NCBI GenBank assembly: GCA_964016885.1 | Contig: OZ024744.1 | Coordinates: 50,716,001 to 50,780,000, forward strand | DNA from: Eledone cirrhosa | Lineage: Eukaryota | Length of the DNA: 64,000 bases | Reading direction: 5' to 3' | Part shown: positions 57,482 through 64,000 of the stretch, piece after piece | How the letters are laid out: each line of letters begins with the position of its first letter | Position numbering within the stretch: the first letter of the stretch is position 1 | Program-made: the position numbers and the translations under genes | The notes under the pieces: model-generated | The model's database searches: none | Seen by the model: only the letters and a program-made list of their open reading frames with translations | What the model was told of the DNA's origin: nothing

Positions 57482-58136
57482 TACGTACACGTAATTTTAC
57501 ACACACATATAAATATATTATTTTCATTCTGTTGAACTTTCTAATGATGGTAATGAGTGAAAAATATTCTTTTTCGGGTTCAGACTTTCAATTAATTTAT
57601 TTTTCTTCAAATTTCACCCCTCAGTGAATTAGGAGGTTTTTCGTTATTCCCTCAACTGCACCCTCTAGTTTCAGTTCCCCAGTGCTGGAGCGGGGTGTAG
57701 TAGAATAAGTGTTTGAACACCACTTAATTTTTATATGTTAGTATCACAGCAGGGTATCACATTTTATAAAGAGGGCTGTTTTGTTTGTGTGTTTGTTTTT
57801 ACACAAGAAATGTAAAACTTATATAATTTTTAGTAGGCAAATATACTTTTACCCTTTTATTGGTTTCAATCATCAGACTGTGGCCATGCTGGGGCACTGT
57901 TTTGATTTAGTCACTCATATCAACCCCCAGTACTTTCTTTTATTCAAGTCTTTTTTAGTTGAATTGCTGAATTATGAGACATAGACACAGACACACATAT
58001 AAACATACACATGGGCACACAAACATATATGTATATATGGTTATATTTATATATGTATAGAGTATATTATATATATAGTATATATATCCATAAGTAGGAT
58101 GGCTGAGAAAAGAAATTCTCAAAACTGAAGTAGAGT

Positions 58137-58419
58137 TTAACCCTTTATCATTTACATTACTCTATATTTAACCCATACTAGCGTGGAAGATAGACGTTAA
58201 ACGATGATGATGATGATATATTTACTATTGTATTTTCATAGTAAACCCTTTATTTCATATAATTATCTCACATAATATCGAATCTATGAGATTTTGATAT
58301 TATTTATTTTGAGAACAATACCTTAACATAAGTACAAGCAGTTGGTTACAGCCGGTTTCAAAAGAAAGAGGTGAGAGAATTCTGGCTGGATACAGCCAGT
58401 TGAAATGCTAAAGGGTTAA
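58137..58419. mobile_element. piggyBac-type MITE (TTAA-CCCTTT...AAAGGG-TTAA); related pieces at about 51657-51770 and 55985-56186
   Basis: TTAA target duplication and TIRs ccctttatcattt / aaatgctaaaggg. Confidence 0.8.
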
Positions 58420-58449
58420 ATATTCATTTTATTAAGGCTAAATAGTGAG

Positions 58450-58490
58450 TCTTATTACTCTGGAGTTTCTCACATAGTCATCGGACAAGA
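58450..58490 (-). ncRNA. Degenerate hammerhead motif within a 48-bp-arm inverted repeat (58420-58537)
   Basis: TCTTGT-CCGATGA-CTATGTGA-GAAA-CTC(CA)GAG-TA-ATAAGA; core has U4C and stem II does not pair. Confidence 0.5.
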
Positions 58491-58711
58491 ACTCCAGAGT
58501 AAAAAGACTCACTATTTAGCCTTAATAAAATGAATATATATATATATATATACATATATATTATGGAAATCACCAAATTTATTTTAGTGACCATCAGCCA
58601 TAGCTCACATGCTCAATGAGATGGCAAGTGTGCAGTTGATAGGCTGCCTATGGTGCTTCCGTAGGCGGTATGCCAAAATTAGCACTTGATATTCATCAGA
58701 GTAGAGTGTAG

Positions 58712-59933
<1,222 letters not shown>

Positions 59934-60680
59934 AGACTAGAGAGGAACGAAGCTTGCATGCTCCGCTGGATGTGTAATAGTAATATACGTGAACGGCAAA
60001 GCATAAACGAACTAAGGAAAAAATTAGAAATAAGAGGGATCAGATGTTGTTTACTCGAGAGAAGGCTACGTTGGTACGGTCACGTGATGCACATGAAAGA
60101 CGATAGCTGTATAACAAAGTGCAGGGCAATAAAGATAGACGGTAGCCACGGAATAGGCAGACCCAGAAAAACCTGGGACGAGCTGATAAATTCCGACCTC
60201 ACACACTTACACCTCTCCAAGACAATGTCACTGGACCGAGACCTTTGGCGGTACTCAGTAATAGAGAAGACCCGCCTTACCTAAATACAAAGTAGAACCT
60301 ACTACAGTCAGTAGGCATCTCTAACAAAATACACCCCCGTCCCACCACCCCCACCCCATCCACACCGCCCCTTTCAATGTAAAGTTATGTTGGTGCCACA
60401 ACATCCAGGCCGAAACAAATGAGATTGTGTAGGCGTCACGACAAAAAAACACACAGTTCACGCTGTAATGTGGCCGTGTAGGCAACACGGTAAAAATCTC
60501 CCAGCCCACACTGTAAATGTGGTTGGTGTTAGGAAGGGCATCCAGCTGTAGAAAACCTGCCAGATAGTCCTATGCGAGCAAGATAATCACTCTTGCCTCA
60601 AGTGGGAAAACCCTCGTCCAAACCCATGCAAGCATGGAACACGGACGTTAAACATTGATGATGATGATGATGATGATGAT
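59934..60680 (+). mobile_element. 5'-truncated RTE-type LINE: ORF C-terminus, 3' UTR and (GAT)n tail
   Basis: [13 protein letters not shown]...[12 protein letters not shown]...GRPRKTW...stop at 60284, intact frame; tail ccatgcaagcatggaa...gttaaac(gat)n. Confidence 0.9.
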
Positions 60681-60683
60681 ATG

Positions 60684-60736
<53 letters not shown>

Positions 60737-61100
60737 GTATATATATGATGGAGGCACATGGCTTAGCGGTTAGAGCATTGGCCTTGCAGCCGAAAGGTTG
60801 TGAGTTCAATTCTCAGACCGGGTGATGTGTTGTTTCCTTGAGCAAGACACTTTATTTCACATTGCTCCAGTTTACTCAGCTGTAGAAATGAGATGATAGG
60901 GACTGGGGTCCATATCATTCCACTGTAAAGTGGTCGTGGAGGTGCCACGGCAAAAAAGCACCCAGCACTCACTGTAAATGAGGTTGGTGTTAGGAAGGGC
61001 ATCCAGCTGTAGAAATCAAGCCAGAATCAGTTCCCGTCACACCCTTGCAAGCAGGGAAAAGCAGACGTAAAATGAAATGATGATGAATGATGATATATAG

Positions 61101-61142
<42 letters not shown>

Positions 61143-61143
61143 G

Positions 61144-61183
<40 letters not shown>

Positions 61184-61191
61184 GTATATAT

Positions 61192-63043
61192 TAAAATAAC
61201 AGATTAAAGTTTAAGCAAAGAATCGCTGCTTTCACCCTTAACGGGATCTTCTGAAACTGACAGTCAATCTGTAAACGCAGAAGTGAATATTTCAAAAAAC
61301 GTTGCAACTGGAGGAAGACAGGAATACGATACTTTGGTTCGTGGTAACGTTCGCTGGCAAAGAACGGGAAAAAACGAATATAATATGTCATTATTTGGTG
61401 CGGTGAAAAACAATTACACGCAAAGACAAAACCACATTTATGGTATAAAAAAAGTCCTAGACTAATATTCTCTTAGGTGGTTCATATAAATGGTATAACT
61501 GAAGTCGTAGACTAAAATTCTAACTAGGAAACCAAATGATTCTCCGCTTCAGAGTTAAGAATAAAGTAAATAAAACTCTTGCCATAGGTATACAATACAC
61601 GCACATATAAATATGTGTGTGTGTGCATGTATACAAATAATTAAATAAACGTATATAAATAAATAAATACGTATATAACAAACGCACACACATACCTACA
61701 TGTAAATACACAAATGTTCGGAGACGTACGTCAACCAAAACACGAAGTACACATATACACACACCCTATATACGTACGAACCCGCATACTCACACAGACG
61801 CAAAACTCACGTATACACATAACCAAAAGCATATGTACCAAAATATATAATATATACTCCATAAGATATACAATCAAATATACATACGAGAAAGTATATG
61901 TACCTTCACAAAACATACAGGTAATATGTACTTACCTATACAAATAAGTAATGGTATTGTAGTGACCTACATTCCACGGGCTCACATACATTCTCTGTGC
62001 GTGATTTGGCTCAGCTCAGCCAATCAACGCCAGTAGAAGAGGATGTATCCCTACGCGTTCTGAGGGAGAAATAGCCTGCAAAGATTTGAAGACGCAAAAC
62101 ACTTCCAGGCTAGAGGACTTCCAGGCTCGATCGTGCTAAGGTAAACAACCATTTTTCTTGCGCCGTGAAATCACTAGCCAATATGTAACACAACAATTTA
62201 ACCACGGCCTGGCAACGCTTCTCTCAGCCTGTAGCCCGTGTCTTTCTGGAATCTTAATTCGTTTGTTTAATTTCTCTTGGCATGCCAGCTCAACCTCTGT
62301 TAATAAATAATGTAAAACCAAGCTAAAAGTCGTTGTCGATATTCATATTATATCTTTCTACCAAACCTGGTTCCTCGTGGCAACATTACAACTTCTGAAA
62401 TATACTTCTCCGCTAAATTGGAATTTACATCTTCAACCCAATTGGTGACTTATACACAACAAAGAGAAATACATAACTTTCCTTTAGTATAAACATAACA
62501 TACTTAGCTACCACATCAAGACGTAAAATATCCGCGTATAGATCGTACTATCCTTTAGTGTAAAATGTGTGGCTGTAATACAGGAAAGTTTTGTGCAATT
62601 TATGTTTACAAGCCGAAATTGCCTCAGATTTTTTGTTTAAGATGTGGTCTGTGGCGTAGAGTATTTCCAGGGCCTCAGCGGCGCAGAGGTCACATGGTCT
62701 TTTATTTCCGTTATACAATCTAGCCCTAGCTAGGATCTCCCAGTGTAACTTATATTGGGTGTGGTTGTCTTTTAGACTCCAGATATAAGCTGAAAGTGAC
62801 GTCATATTCCTTCTTAGAGGGCAACGAAAAGAATGGGTATGCATGTAAAGACGCTGCTTGAAACTATTGGCGGTTAACCCTATGTAGGCCCTACGGGACG
62901 TGGGTGTTACAACCTTACATTTGTAGACAATGTTACTAGAGAGGCATTTCCCGGATAGGGGGCAATCAACCCGATTCCTACAATTACAGTTAGTACTAAC
63001 TACAGGGTTGCACGTGTTCCTACGGCTAGGTAGTTTAGCTAAA
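61192..63043 (-). mobile_element. 5'-truncated Penelope-like retroelement (Naiad-type): GIY-YIG endonuclease ORF remnant 63043-62548 plus about 1.35 kb 3' region ending in a hammerhead motif
   Basis: Stop-free peptide [15 protein letters not shown] (CxCx5Cx5C)...IVY...YIG...FKQR...CDLC..E...LNKKSE...CKH; (TA)n at both ends; hammerhead fold at 61199-61272. Confidence 0.85.
61199..61272 (-). ncRNA. Type I hammerhead fold with variant core CAGAAGA; second copy at 6368-6434
   Basis: ACAGATTGA..AGTTT-CAGAAGA-T-CCC(GTTAA)GGG-T-GAAA-GCA(9 nt)TGC-TT-AAACT-TTAATCTGT. Confidence 0.7.
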
Positions 63044-63055
63044 TATATATGTATA

Positions 63056-63189
<134 letters not shown>

Positions 63190-64000
63190 CATCGTCATTT
63201 TACGTCCGTTCTTCCCTGCTTGCAAGGGTGGGACGGGAACTGATTCTGGCTTTATTTCTACAGCTGGATGCCCTTCCTAACACCAACCTCATTTACAGTG
63301 AGTGCTGGATGTTTTTTTGATGTGGCACCCGCACGACCACTTTGCAGTGGAATGATATGGACCCCAGTCCCTATCATCTCATTTCTACAGCTGAGTAAAC
63401 TGGAGCAATATGAAATAAGGTGTCTTGCTCAAGGAAACAACACATCACCCGGTCTGAGAATTGAACTCACAACCTTTCGATTGCAATATATATATATATA
63501 TATATATGAGAGAGGGGAGGAGAAAATCCTCGCTGTGGTGCCAAGTGGTTTCACCTTAAGTACTCCTATGATTTGTGGTCTCTCTAGTCTCAGTCTCTCT
63601 CTCTCTCATCATCATCATCATTTTACGTCCGCATTTCCCTGCTTATATATGACAATTTTCTACAGTTTTTGCCTACCAAATTCCATTCACACGGCTATAA
63701 TAGGTGACACTTTCCACTGTGAGAACTGAGCCCAGAACCTCATGGTTGTGAAGCAAACTACTTAACCAAACAACCATGCATAAATTGTTCTATTTGTGAA
63801 GTTGAGTGGAGTAATGAATATCTAAACTGATATTAACTAAATGTAGTTTGTATTTATTGATGGTGATTGGTGAACTGGTTCAAGTCAGCATTCTTGTGAA
63901 TCACTGCCTCAACAATTACTAGTACTACCATCGCAAAGGAAGGAAAGAATGATTAAGATACATGTATGGGTAATGCATAATGTTTTCCCTATTGAAAGTC

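Noticed and set aside
62548-63043. Selenoprotein-encoding transposon or host GIY-YIG gene
   Set aside because: No in-frame TGA in the visible part and no SECIS identified; no start or splice signals, and it is bounded by (TA)n like a truncated insertion

Overview
AT-rich, microsatellite- and transposon-dense animal genomic DNA. The SINE/LINE repertoire points to an octopod cephalopod (inference from repeat families). A 200-N scaffold gap lies at 20349-20548. The only host gene I can support is a + strand neurobeachin/LRBA-family gene: six phase-consistent GT-AG exons (31658-54472) splice into a 237-aa PH-BEACH segment, with flanking exons not found in the window. The rest is RTE-type and CRE-type LINE remnants, two tRNA-derived SINE families, Tc1/mariner and piggyBac relics/MITEs, minisatellites, and a 5'-truncated Penelope-like (Naiad-type GIY-YIG) element. 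Almost all other ORF-track entries are microsatellite artefacts. The most striking hidden structure is a set of about nine type I hammerhead ribozyme folds from several distinct sequence families. Most abut (TA)n tracts, several are locked inside fold-back inverted repeats, some are on the sense strand of neurobeachin introns, and one family has a repeated non-canonical core (CAGAAGA). There is also a strong recursive-splice-site candidate at 700/701. All alignments and folds were done by eye.
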